Source: Lytechinus pictus
Taxonomy: Eukaryota
Assembly: GCF_037042905.1 (NCBI RefSeq)
Contig: NW_026974140.1
Coordinates: 16,120,001 to 16,184,000, forward strand
Direction of reading: 5' to 3'
Length of the DNA: 64,000 nucleotides
Part shown: one piece after another, positions 55,601 to 64,000 of the stretch
Layout of the letters: each line of letters opens with the position of its first letter
Position numbering within the stretch: position 1 is the stretch's first letter
The notes under the pieces: model-generated
Database searches by the model: none
What the model was told of the DNA's origin: nothing
What the model saw: only the letters and a program-made list of their open reading frames with translations
Program-made: the position numbers and the translations under genes

Positions 55601-58600
55601 CAAATGTAAATCTTGTAAATTTGTATGTAAATCTTGTAAATTTGTAAATTTGTATGTATGAATTGTATCTTTTTATCGAATGGAATGAATAAATCTTGAA
55701 TCTTGAAATTGATTTCAAGCTTTAGGGTGAGGATTGTTAGAGGGATGATGGAACGAATATATGGGATTACTATTTTCTATATATTAAATTTTGCAAACAG
55801 GGCCCATAGGACCTAGCGAATGCATAGTATATAATGATTTAGTATTATATTTTTCTGTTTGAAATGAATACAAAGGCATTTGGATTTCAATTGTAATAGG
55901 CGTGATGATAATGTTGTACTGCATGTGAATCTATTTCACATAAATATTAATTGGCTATGAAATAGCTTTCATTTATTTAGAATCATATTCTTGTTGGAAA
56001 TGATGCAAAGATATTTGAATTTGAATTGTAATCGGGGTCAAGAAAATGTTTTATTGCACGTAAATGTTAATATTTGACATAAATATATTAATTGCTTATG
56101 AATTGGATTGAAGTTATAATGTCTTTAATTATTCAGGAAGTGGGAGATCGAGAATGTAATTGAAAAAGACAATTTGCTATCCATATATTTATATCGCAAT
56201 CATAAAGCATTTTTATTTGATTCATTCCCATTTATTAATGCAAATATTTTAAACTGTGAAACGGACAACTTATCCTATTACTCCCAAACGTCATCTCTTG
56301 CCTATCTATCATGTCGCACTTCATCTTATCTTCCTTAACGCCATTCTTAATCCATCTTCATTAGTGATCGGACCTAAAGTCAACATGGCCGCTCGTCTGA
56401 TGATGCATTATATCGGGAAGGTCACGTGTGATGAAGTTACCAAGAAACGATCAAGGAATGACTCTAGAGGGTTCATCAGGGTTGCTAACAAGGAACTCAA
56501 AGGCATCAATGATCCAGGAATGGTTTGGGAGTACACAGGAGCAGGGTGAGGGATGAATGCATTTTATGATAAAAAAGATATAGAATAGGAGAAGACTATA
56601 ACTATAAGATAAAAGTATGTTGTATAAGATGGTTATAATAATGATCAAGTCTGCAAATGCTCAATAGATAGTAGCTAGTGATACAAATTATGTGCTATAC
56701 AAAATAAATTAGTATAATGAAAGTTCTTTCCGAAAATTAAATTGTCGCTGCAAAGGAATCAGATAATAGTGGGCAAAGTTAAAGGATACATATATTAATT
56801 CATAAGAGAAAGGATTTATGTTAATGTTGACGTAAATGATGAAGAATTCGGATACCATATTTCAAAAATGAATATAAATATATCTTTTTATATTATAAAG
56901 CAGCTATTTCTATTTATATGAGATTCTACTTGTTATCATTATTATTTCTTTCAGGAATGTTGACAACTCTATTCCAGAGTATGGACATCCTTTACTATGT
57001 AAGTTCAACCATTTCCTTAAGCAATTCAAAATTTTCAGACTCGTTCACAGCAATTTTTCAACTTTGTAAAAGAAGAGGGATTTTTTTTATAAGTTCAGTC
57101 ACGTTTCAAAGTTGTATTGCTATACAGGGGCGGTGATACTGGCAGAAAGGCGAGGAGAGAGTGTCCCAACAGTAGATTTTTAAACATAAATTGAAGAAAA
57201 ATTGGAAGAACATTTAAAATGTGGAAAGGAAGGATTTGAGAAGAGATGGCTTGTTTATGTAACTACGCAATACATGGTTGTTTTTGTTTAAAAAAAACAA
57301 ATCAAGCACTACCAATGTGTTATCTTGCAACCCTCTTTTTAAAATATTCTCGCGCCACCCCCGTGGTTATAATATCTGTACAATTTTAAATCACATTTTT
57401 TGTTTCGAACAATGTTATCAATGTGATAAAATTGAATAATGTATGCTACTGAAATTGGTATATTTGTTGTATAAGAACATGTTGTTTTTCTTCATCAGCA
57501 TATGTGGAGGAATTTGAGCAGTGCTGGAAGTCACTATGGAGAATGGCTTCCCTAGCAACGAATTCATCGAGTACTATCCATCAACCAGCTAGGTTTATAG
57601 TCATTGGGGGAGACCCTGGGGTCGGGAAGACAAGACTACTACGATCTGTCATGGATACAGCGAAGGGAATGAATATGGCGTAAGTATAATGATGAATGAA
57701 TACATATAAATCTGTTAATTTCTCTCTTGATGATTTTGGTGAATTACCTCAGATTTTATATGCCTTAGAGGAAATAGATCAAACTCGTCTTAAAAAACAA
57801 GATTAAAAAGATATCATAAAAAAGGGAAAACTATGAGGTAGATTTTATCAAGCAAAATCATTTTGCCCACGTTTTGCACTACCCCATCACCGTGTGATGC
57901 GGTCTCTCTCAGCACCACCCGCATGCAATACAAACTTATTTAATCCTTTACTCGAAACATATAGGCCGCTAGCAAATTATCATACATGAGTATAATAATT
58001 TTGATATAATAATTTTATATAAACTATAAATCAGTGAACTTGTGAAACAAAGCCATAATCAAAATACTTTGAAACAACCTTAAAAAAGTCTTAAGCTCGA
58101 TACAATTCTTGAAGATCTTTTCCTCCCAACTTTTTACAGAGTATACACATGTCGACCTAGCGTTGGTCAGTCAAGTACACCCTACCATACAATCTGCTCT
58201 GTAGTACTCCAACTCCTTGATCTCCAGGATATAGGGAGCCCTCAGGAGAGGGAGCATAGGCTCCAGGAGAGATTTGAAGACACAGAGCTTTTCTGGCATC
58301 TTTGTCTTCTTAATGACCTACTTGGAATCCAGGTATTATGACACAAAGTTTATATCGATATTCCAGAATTTAATTTTAAGTAATATAGTAAAGGTCTGTG
58401 AGTCATGTTTCTAATACTATAATACTTTCTCACCATTAAAGAAAATACACCACAAGGTATATACTTCAGTAAACTCCCAGATGTTTTCATGCCACATTTT
58501 GAAAACTGATCCTGAAACTCCATGTCTCTTTACATGTCTATGCCAGTTGTTTGAAGACATCACTATTCTTGTGTTTATCTATATAATTACTTTACAAAAT

Positions 58601-61600
58601 GATTCTCATTAAACTTCCTCAGATCCCAGTAACAGATGAGATCGCTGATCTATCTCAACGAGAGCGGACTCAGGCTCGTCATGCCGTCCTTGCCTACATC
58701 GTATCAGAGGCAAGGAATAGAGATAGCGCAGGAACCCTCATTGCCATCGACGACGCACACTACATTGACCAAGATTCATGGACTTACTTAGAGGCACTGC
58801 CATCCAAATACTGCCTGGTTGCTTTAGGTAGGCCTTCCTTTAGGAGCTAGAAAACTATGTTATCCTCTCACAACATTAACTTTAAAATTTTTACGGTGTA
58901 TGTCGTTTGATTACTCTTTGAATCAGGTATTTTCTCCAATAAATCTGGGACTCGGGTCTGGGACAATCAATATTGTCAGCTTCAGATTTTCAATCGCCAA
59001 CAGACCCCCCAAAATCGTTTTCTTTTATTATTGAATATTTCACATTCTTCACCCTTCCAGGTGATGCTCTTTTTTACAATTTTAATTTAATCAAATTTAT
59101 CAAAGTTGATTGTCTCGGCACCTTACTTTGGCTCAATTGGCCATGACTCTATATAATTTGAATGATTGTGAATGCCAGGGTTAAAAACAGTTATATTCAA
59201 AACGAAAGAAAAGGACTTATCATTACAAATGATAAAAACGTCATATTTGCTAGCTTTCCTTCAAGGTTCTTGATTTCTTTGATAAAGAACATGTGAGGAT
59301 AGGTGAACAGAGCTCCTTATATTCATGGTTTTGAAAGAAGCATTGCCGACAATGTCTAATCACGTTTCTTTTCTTTGTTCTCCTTCTTTTTCTTCAGCTA
59401 TGGGAAGTTTCAGACGTGATGCAGAGGTACCTATCGCAGCCTCCAGGATCCTTCAAGCCAGGAGCACCCTCCATATCAAGCTCCAGGGCTTGGAGCCACA
59501 GTGCATGGAGCCTTTACTGTGTCAGCTCCTGGAGATGAATAGTGTTCCAAGAGAACTTACCATGTAAGTAGACTATTATATCAAGGGCTTCACTTTAGTG
59601 TACAGTATATGATTCTTGGACCTCGATGAAGAAACAGAGCCATTATATTGATAGCTCTTAATAGAATGTTTCATTGACAGGTATTCCTTTCAAGTCATGA
59701 TATTCATGTTTTTGTTTAAATTTTTATTATGGTAAATTAAATCACATAGAAGGAAAAGAAATATAACCTCTCTGTTAGGCCATTATTTGGCTATTCTCAA
59801 ACTATGATATTCGGAAATAAATTATACATTTACTTTGCAAGTGGCCACAATATTTGTAGGAAAACCTGTCCAGTTGTGAAACATTACTTTCCAAATCAAC
59901 ATGAAGACGTATTGGATCTGTTTTCTTCAGATGTTCTTATTGGATACTTTTGCATATAACTTTGATGTATTATTGTAATTATTGGGTTGACTAGTTTAAG
60001 CATTTGATGATAATTTAAACATCATTTTATAGTATTCATCCTAGGATATTATTATATGATTCCTTTAAAAAATATTCACAATTACATGATAAATAATTTT
60101 CAACGAATTCATCTTTAAAAAAAATAAATTTCAGCATGCTAACCTCCCACCAGCCCAATCGTATCAACCCATCTTGGGTAAACCAATGTGTATTCAACAT
60201 GCTTCATCATCAACAATTAGAGCTATACACTGAAGGAGAGAGAACAGTCTGTCGGGTAGCTAAGGGGGTCAGGCTTATGGAACTGGATATCCCACCTTCT
60301 CTTAGAGGTAGGTCTTTTCATTTATCATTCTTTGCATGAACAGGTACCGTAGCTTGTAAATTAATTTTAAGAAAAATGGGAGTGATTCATCAACATTTTC
60401 ATCCATGTTGTCAGATCTGACTTTTCTTGATTTTGATTTGCCAAGAATCCCTGTTACTAAGGTAACTGTCACATAAATTGGACTTGTCAGATAAAACATC
60501 TGACAAGTCGTTTTATAAAACGCTCCCCAGATCGCTTAAAAGTTTATTTTCATTGATTTAAATTCTTGAATAGAATACTTCCTATCATATTTTTAATGCA
60601 GAAAGAAATATATTATAATGTTTTCAAATGAAAAATAACACATTTTTGTTCGTTTATAGGCTGTATGATAGCATTCATTGACCGTCTACCCGAGCTACAA
60701 CGAACCACAGTCAAGATCATATCCGTGGTCGGAACATCCTTCACGGCGAACATCATAGCCCACCTCATGCCCAACGTCATCCAAGAGAAGATAAACCCTA
60801 CCATCGGATCACTCCAATCTGCTGGCATCCTGGTCTTCGGCAGCGGCGGAGCGTTGCCGACGGTGACGAAATCAACGACGATGACAGCAGGGTCACTTAG
60901 GTTCCAGTCTGTGACACTCCAGGAGACAGCTTATGCACTCCTGCTGGAGAAACAAAGAAGAAAGCTCCATGAAAGATATGCTACCTACCTGGAGAATAAT
61001 CATCTATCTGGTAGGAAGGGGGAGATCAGTTCTCCTGGTGGTCTCTCTCCTGCTGGTATCAAGAAACTACTTGGTAGGTCATGTTTCTTACAATATGATA
61101 GCATAAAGGCATTGTTCCTCAAAATATCAATTGTCCTGAAAACTGTGCTCTATCAAAATAAGTGTAAAGGCTATAAAGGAGAGTATAATAATATGATGCG
61201 GACAGATAAGTATTCCTGGGGATCGTATCGTCAAAATTTTTAATCTGACAACTTTTCAGATCTGACTACTTTCTTTGAATTTGTTTGGCTGAGTGCTATT
61301 CCTGTGGTAACTGTCAGATTCAGCAAGACTTGGTTGGATAAAATATCCAGCAAAGTCCTTTCATGAAATCCTCTCCTGTAATCCACACATACAAATTTGA
61401 GAAAGAAAAAAAAACCGAGAGTGGAAACGTCATGGACGAAACATCACATTACATTTTTGGCAAGCTGAGCAATTTAAAACCCGGTGACATTACAATATCT
61501 AGATATTTTAGAGAGAGTGGTTTTAACAGAGGATTTAATTGACATCTGATTTTTCCATATTGTATGAAAACATGATATATAAATTATATAAATGTTATCT

Positions 61601-64000
61601 GATTGCCCCTTTGCAGGAATAAAGACCGACTCTAAACAAAAAGATGACAACAGTAACAAGTAAGTAATCTAGGGTTCTGATTTTAAAGGTGAAAATAATG
61701 AAATTGTATGAAATGTTCCCATTTCAGTATTAATATCAGGCATTTGCTTTGTAAAAATGCAGTAGGTGAGGGTCAAAGAGTTTGATATCAAAACACTTTC
61801 CTCTGCGACAATTAGGAAAATATATTTTCCCTTTGAATGGGCAAGATATTGCATTCCTGGATTTCCCCTTGCTAAAAGTTTCACCAAGTTTTCACAAAGT
61901 TTTTTTCCCCACAATTTGAAGTAGTCAATATTTCTTTACTTCTCAAGAACTTCAGTGTTTAAGCATAGACCCGATCTCTTGCAGAGAGATCAGATGTATT
62001 CTAAATATAAATAACTATTATCGCTTTAAATAGGAAAGATGACATTCATGAATCACAAGACGTCTTTTCAGACGGCATGTAATACTTCATTTCAATTGAG
62101 GCTATTTGAATCAAAGACGCACTTTTTTTTACAAATGTATATCTATCTTGAAATAGCTTTTAACAACTTGAACTTCTAAAACGCAATCTTTATTTTCACT
62201 TTCAGCATACTTTGTAAGAATGACGAACAATCCTTACAGTCTGTATATCCACAACTAGTTACACATTGGAAGAAGGCTAACAATCTACAGAAAGCTATTC
62301 AATACATGGTCTATGGAGCAGAGTCGGCTGTGGCACTCGGATACAACATGCAGGTAAACTGAAAATAAAACTTTTCGAATCCAGATTTCAAATTATGCTC
62401 CAAGATATTTAATTTCAGTAAAGGTTTTATGCTATATCCCTCAAAATCAATAGTTAGGTAATATGATAAGCAGTTGAAAAAAGTATGACAACTTTTATCA
62501 GGAAATGACATGAAGCATCAGGATTTGTATCTTTGTTTTTCTCCTGCTAGCTTCTTTGATGAAAAAAAATCCATATATTTTGGGGGGTTCTAGATGAGAA
62601 TTTATACTGTCAAAGAATAAAGCATTAGTGTTTGTTACTCTACACATCATAATATGGTCAGTTTTCTTTTTGTGACAGAGACAACATATCTGCCGAGGCA
62701 ACACCTCCATGACTCACCTTCATAACTCACCTTTATGATTGATTAATTATATTATTTTGTTTTATTTCAGGCAATATCATTCATCTTTCAAGCTAAAAAG
62801 TTAAACCCATCACCAGTGCAACTGCGACGATTGGATGAACTAGCTACCAAGGTATTTATTTATCTGTCCAAATCTGATTTTAAGTTTTAGGGGTATTACC
62901 GAGCCATTTTGCACGAGCATCATTGTGTTGAAAATGGGAGAAATATTCTCACTTTTTAAAGAGGAATGTCAAATCATTTCAGCCATTAGGAAATTTTCAT
63001 ATTTGACAGTTGGGTTGGACTTCAGTTTGTGGTGTAATAGTTAGTTACATACGCCTATAATAAAACTTTCATTCGTCTTGCAAACCACCCAGGATGTCCA
63101 TTATGCACTGTCTTGAGAAAATAACAGAAACTTTAAAATGTCATATGTTTATAATTTTACAACCAATATTATGTGTTTATGATTATTTGATTTTTTTATC
63201 ATTTATCTCTTTTATTAAACTAAACTTATTGCAGGGGGTAACTTGTCATTGAATAATAATTTTACATCAATGTCTCTTTTTTCCCGAACAGGCCACTGCA
63301 AGTCTCCTCTTCACCAAGAGAAGGCGCTCTTCATCTCCTGGTGTAAGTATATATTGATGATCGTAGGGATATGAAAAAAAGTTTTTGTGTTATCAACTGG
63401 GGTAAACATATTCACCAAATGTATCCCATCTTTCTATTTCTAATTGCTGTTTCAAACAAGAAAATATGGATTTTCATTTTTTTTTTCTCGATTCGTAGGT
63501 ATTTTTTATTTTCATAGTTTATTTATATGAACTTGTCAGCATACATTATTCAAGTAACAGTCCAAACCAGAATCAGCATTTACATTGAAATATATTGTTT
63601 TCCCTATAAAAAAAATTGTTATTGCACAACAAAGTCATAATGACAACACAAAAATAGAATAGTAACTAGTGGAAAGAAAGATATAACATTCAGTTGAGAA
63701 ATGATCACATTCTGGTCACTTCTTAATCTCTGAATTTCCATGATTTGGTAAAAATACAATTTCCTTTTTGTCATACAGGGAGCAAAATTCAAGTGGAGGA
63801 ACATGGCTGTGAAAGCAAGAAACTTTGAACGTTCACTCTCAGTTGAGGAAGAAGAAACAGACGACAAGGTCGATGTCGGAGGAGTGGGCATCGTTGACGT
63901 CTCTCCTGAAGAGGAAATCATCCCGTCTGATCGCTATCAAACCATCATGAAGTCTGCACGCCCTGAATTCACCGAGGAACCTCCACCACCACCACCCAGC
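25623..64000 (+). CDS. ADCY10: Soluble adenylyl cyclase (ADCY10/sAC)-like protein, 3'-partial: C1 and C2 class III cyclase domains, STAND P-loop NTPase, short helical region, low-complexity segment
   Basis: 25 phase-consistent GT-AG exons totalling 3303 nt (1101 codons) with no stop. Motifs: LAAHLPDL, FLDIWGFT, GGDVVEFAGDALL, REVTVVFINL, INKIFEFDKG, FGLPG, GVTTGKVFCGVVGH..RHEYTVIGPKVNMAARLMM, Walker A GDPGVGKT, Walker B IAIDDAH. It may be a paralogue rather than the 1:1 orthologue. Confidence 0.92.
31345..31452. repeat. Small foldback/MITE-like inverted repeat
   Basis: CAGTCACA...TGAAACCGACTCCA / TGGAGTCGGTTTCA...TGTGACTG; degenerate relative at about 22852-22945. Confidence 0.55.
32378..32585 (+). 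mobile_element. 3'-truncated HINE/DINE-like element
   Basis: TTTTATTATACGCCCGTC..GGGACGTATTAT 5' stem-loop, (GTCC/GTCT)n microsatellite, ...CCTATTGATTTTGAGGTCA core. Confidence 0.6.
35488..35578. repeat. Short MITE-like inverted repeat
   Basis: GGGTCCCGCAACACAAAGGTTAGC / GCTAAGTTCTGTGTTACGGGCCC. Confidence 0.5.
36430..39618 (+). mobile_element. Defective Academ (XPG-type) DNA transposon with long TIRs
   Basis: TTT|TAGTCGATTTGACA ... TGTCTAATCGACAA|TTT termini. Near-perfect inverted match from 36466 and 39597 inward, then ~120-bp tandem units with CAAGATGGCCGCC. Internal decayed XPG/FEN1-like and Cys-rich coding sequence. Confidence 0.8.
37340..38620 (+). pseudogene. Frameshifted remnant of Academ protein C-terminus (XPG/PIN-like nuclease plus Cys-rich finger)
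   Basis: Motifs across frames: HDEVDITLISYVL, SDDTYIFVLL, LLGVHALSGCD, LPPTS...LHALRA, GWE, IRCQC...RCSTEICGCHKEHLSCTTF; multiple stops and frameshifts. Confidence 0.75.
40364..40483 (+). CDS. ADCY10: ADCY10-like exon 2 (DDILELAAHLPDL...MFLDIW)
   Basis: Long pyrimidine tract, NAGNAG acceptor (40361 or 40364), gtaagt donor; first metal-binding Asp. Confidence 0.9.
40793..41028. other. Assembly gap
   Basis: Run of N. Confidence 1.
41569..41852. mobile_element. hAT-like MITE with intact 8-bp TSD
   Basis: GGTAGGCC|CACTGGCGGATCC ... GGATCCGCCCCTG|GGTAGGCC. Confidence 0.85.
42520..43119. mobile_element. Truncated Tc1/mariner-like non-autonomous element
   Basis: Right end TTTTTCTGGGACGCACTG|TA; internal inverted repeat about 42530-42600 / 42846-42912; left TIR not found. 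Confidence 0.5.
43234..43393 (+). mobile_element. ~155-bp MITE family copy carrying an X-box
   Basis: Similar to 60377-60530 and 61215-61379 (TGTCAGATCT, ATTGG, GTTACTATGGTAAC). Confidence 0.55.
43430..43572. repeat. (GAT/GAC/GGT)n trinucleotide microsatellite
   Basis: Seen directly; similar tracts at about 29415-29650 and 50865-51112. Confidence 0.9.
43672..43806 (+). CDS. ADCY10: ADCY10-like exon 3 (GFTSLCER...GGDVVEFA)
   Basis: ccag acceptor, gtaaga donor, phase 1/1. Confidence 0.92.
46250..46393 (+). CDS. ADCY10: ADCY10-like exon 4 (GDALLVVW...LALKI)
   Basis: ttacag acceptor, gtaagg donor; second metal-binding Asp. Confidence 0.92.
47282..47487 (+). CDS. ADCY10: ADCY10-like exon 5 (ALAVG...GPAVNEANR...GEIK)
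   Basis: cacag acceptor, gtatga donor; end of C1. Confidence 0.9.
47668..47943 (+). mobile_element. 5'-truncated SINE related to 4417-4698
   Basis: Shared core ATCCACA..CACTC..CCCAGGT..GGGTACCCGG.AGGAT, CCGGGTAATAAT, and AGCGCTTTATAAA..TATTATTA tail. Confidence 0.75.
48362..48407 (+). CDS. ADCY10: ADCY10-like exon 6 (LLSVEKEWAETELDP)
   Basis: cccag acceptor, gtatat donor, phase 0/1. Confidence 0.7.
49003..49049 (+). CDS. ADCY10: ADCY10-like exon 7 (VRKDFQTLHDALKQGQ)
   Basis: ttttag acceptor, gtaatg donor, phase 1/0. Confidence 0.7.
49871..49966 (+). CDS. ADCY10: ADCY10-like exon 8 (KLERE...MRPFIAPPVLSK)
   Basis: tatag acceptor, gtatat donor; C1-C2 linker. Confidence 0.82.
50507..50657 (+). 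CDS. ADCY10: ADCY10-like exon 9 (FDENQSLDYLCEMREVTVVFINL...FQ)
   Basis: tttcag acceptor, gtacat donor; start of C2. Confidence 0.92.
50865..51112. repeat. (ATC/ATT)n trinucleotide microsatellite
   Basis: Seen directly; source of the spurious poly-Ile/Met ORFs. Confidence 0.9.
51229..51260 (+). CDS. ADCY10: ADCY10-like exon 10 (GMINKIFEFDK)
   Basis: ttccag acceptor, gttagt donor; adenine-specifying Lys. Confidence 0.9.
52200..52318 (+). CDS. ADCY10: ADCY10-like exon 11 (GTSFLVLFGLPGFKHE...)
   Basis: tttcag acceptor, gtaagt donor. Confidence 0.92.
52815..52891 (+). CDS. ADCY10: ADCY10-like exon 12 (QISIGVTTGKVFCGVVGHNERHEYT)
   Basis: aacag acceptor, gtgagt donor; sAC-type Thr. Confidence 0.93.
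53230..55708 (+). mobile_element. 5'-truncated CR1/L2-group LINE (ORF2 reverse transcriptase, frameshifted)
   Basis: ORF pieces 53183-53509 (KPWMT), 53563-54573 (YRPISILP, DLSKAFD, GVPQGSILGPLLFLLYIND, FADD) and 54623-55288 (KFLGVIID, HNYNTR). 3' end AATAAA plus (TCTTGAA)n tail. The 5' boundary is approximate. Confidence 0.93.
56365..56545 (+). CDS. ADCY10: ADCY10-like exon 13 (VIGPKVNMAARLMM...WEYTGA)
   Basis: ttag acceptor, gtgagg donor; transition-state Asn/Arg. Confidence 0.93.
56955..56998 (+). CDS. ADCY10: ADCY10-like exon 14 (NVDNSIPEYGHPLL)
   Basis: tttcag acceptor, gtaagt donor, phase 2/1. Confidence 0.82.
57499..57679 (+). CDS. ADCY10: ADCY10-like exon 15 (Walker A GDPGVGKT)
   Basis: catcag acceptor, gtaagt donor; P-loop at 57609-57632. 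Confidence 0.9.
58140..58332 (+). CDS. ADCY10: ADCY10-like exon 16 (VYTCRP...LCLLNDLLGIQ)
   Basis: ttacag acceptor, gtatta donor; CLLND motif. Confidence 0.9.
58623..58827 (+). CDS. ADCY10: ADCY10-like exon 17 (Walker B IAIDDAHYIDQDSW)
   Basis: cctcag acceptor, gtaggc donor. Confidence 0.9.
59398..59563 (+). CDS. ADCY10: ADCY10-like exon 18 (...IKLQGLEP...SVPRELT)
   Basis: cttcag acceptor, gtaagt donor. Confidence 0.88.
60135..60307 (+). CDS. ADCY10: ADCY10-like exon 19 (...INPSW...DIPPSLR)
   Basis: ttcag acceptor, gtaggt donor. Confidence 0.88.
60377..60530 (+). mobile_element. ~155-bp MITE family copy
   Basis: TGGGAGTGATTCAT ... ATAAAACGCTCCCCAG termini; GTTACTAAGGTAAC at 60453-60466. 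Confidence 0.6.
60660..61073 (+). CDS. ADCY10: ADCY10-like exon 20 (IDRLP...QETAYALLLEKQRRKLHERYATYLE...)
   Basis: tatag acceptor, gtaggt donor at 61074; a same-phase alternative donor is possible at 61011. Confidence 0.88.
61215..61379 (+). mobile_element. ~155-bp MITE family copy
   Basis: CCTGGGGATCGTATC ... TTCATGAAATCCTCTCCTG; same internal order of motifs. Confidence 0.55.
61617..61659 (+). CDS. ADCY10: ADCY10-like exon 21 (GIKTDSKQKDDNSN)
   Basis: ttgcag acceptor, gtaagt donor, phase 1/2 bridges its neighbours. Confidence 0.75.
62206..62353 (+). CDS. ADCY10: ADCY10-like exon 22 (...YPQLVTHWKKANN...YNMQ)
   Basis: tttcag acceptor, gtaaac donor; helical/TPR-like segment. Confidence 0.88.
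62771..62851 (+). CDS. ADCY10: ADCY10-like exon 23 (AISFIFQAKK...LATK)
   Basis: tttcag acceptor, gtattt donor, phase 0/0. Confidence 0.8.
63292..63342 (+). CDS. ADCY10: ADCY10-like exon 24 (ATASLLFTKRRRSSSPG)
   Basis: aacag acceptor, gtaagt donor, phase 0/0. Confidence 0.72.
63779..64000 (+). CDS. ADCY10: ADCY10-like exon 25, partial (GAKFKWRN...EEEE...PPPPPS)
   Basis: tacag acceptor; open frame to the window end; coding-like GC content. Confidence 0.75.

Noticed and set aside
55858-56105. Two diverged ~137-bp direct repeats after the LINE
   Set aside because: Old local duplication with no coding or structural signal.
43672-56545. Re-annotating the cyclase as a guanylyl cyclase because of the C1 Glu
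   Set aside because: The canonical active site takes its specificity from C2, which keeps the ATP-type Lys (INK) and Thr (EYT); the Glu lies in the degenerate site.

Overview
AT-rich animal genomic DNA; the repeat repertoire suggests a sea urchin or other echinoderm (inference). There are two N-gaps. Two intron-containing genes on the + strand were reconstructed by hand from GT-AG junctions with consistent reading phase. (1) The 3' eight coding exons of a SPATA18/Mieap (mitochondria-eating protein) orthologue, 1790-12271, with a probable ~4 kb 3' UTR. (2) An ADCY10/soluble adenylyl cyclase (sAC)-like gene, ATG at 25623, 25 exons, 1101 open codons, running off the right edge, with C1+C2 cyclase domains and a STAND P-loop module. 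The most interesting signal is in the cyclase. The ATP active site is intact, but the bicarbonate-activator pocket is charge-reversed (K95E, M337E and R176N equivalents), and C1 carries a guanylyl-cyclase-like Glu/Ser pair plus an N-x-x-x-R motif. This suggests a sAC paralogue regulated by something other than bicarbonate. Introns and intergenic DNA hold many mobile elements: a CR1/L2-group LINE, an Academ-derived foldback element, nested Tc1- and Kolobok-like elements, HINE/Tsp-like elements, tRNA-derived SINEs and MITEs. There is also an 899-bp near-perfect tandem duplication. All homology calls come from motif recognition and memory; no database searches were run.
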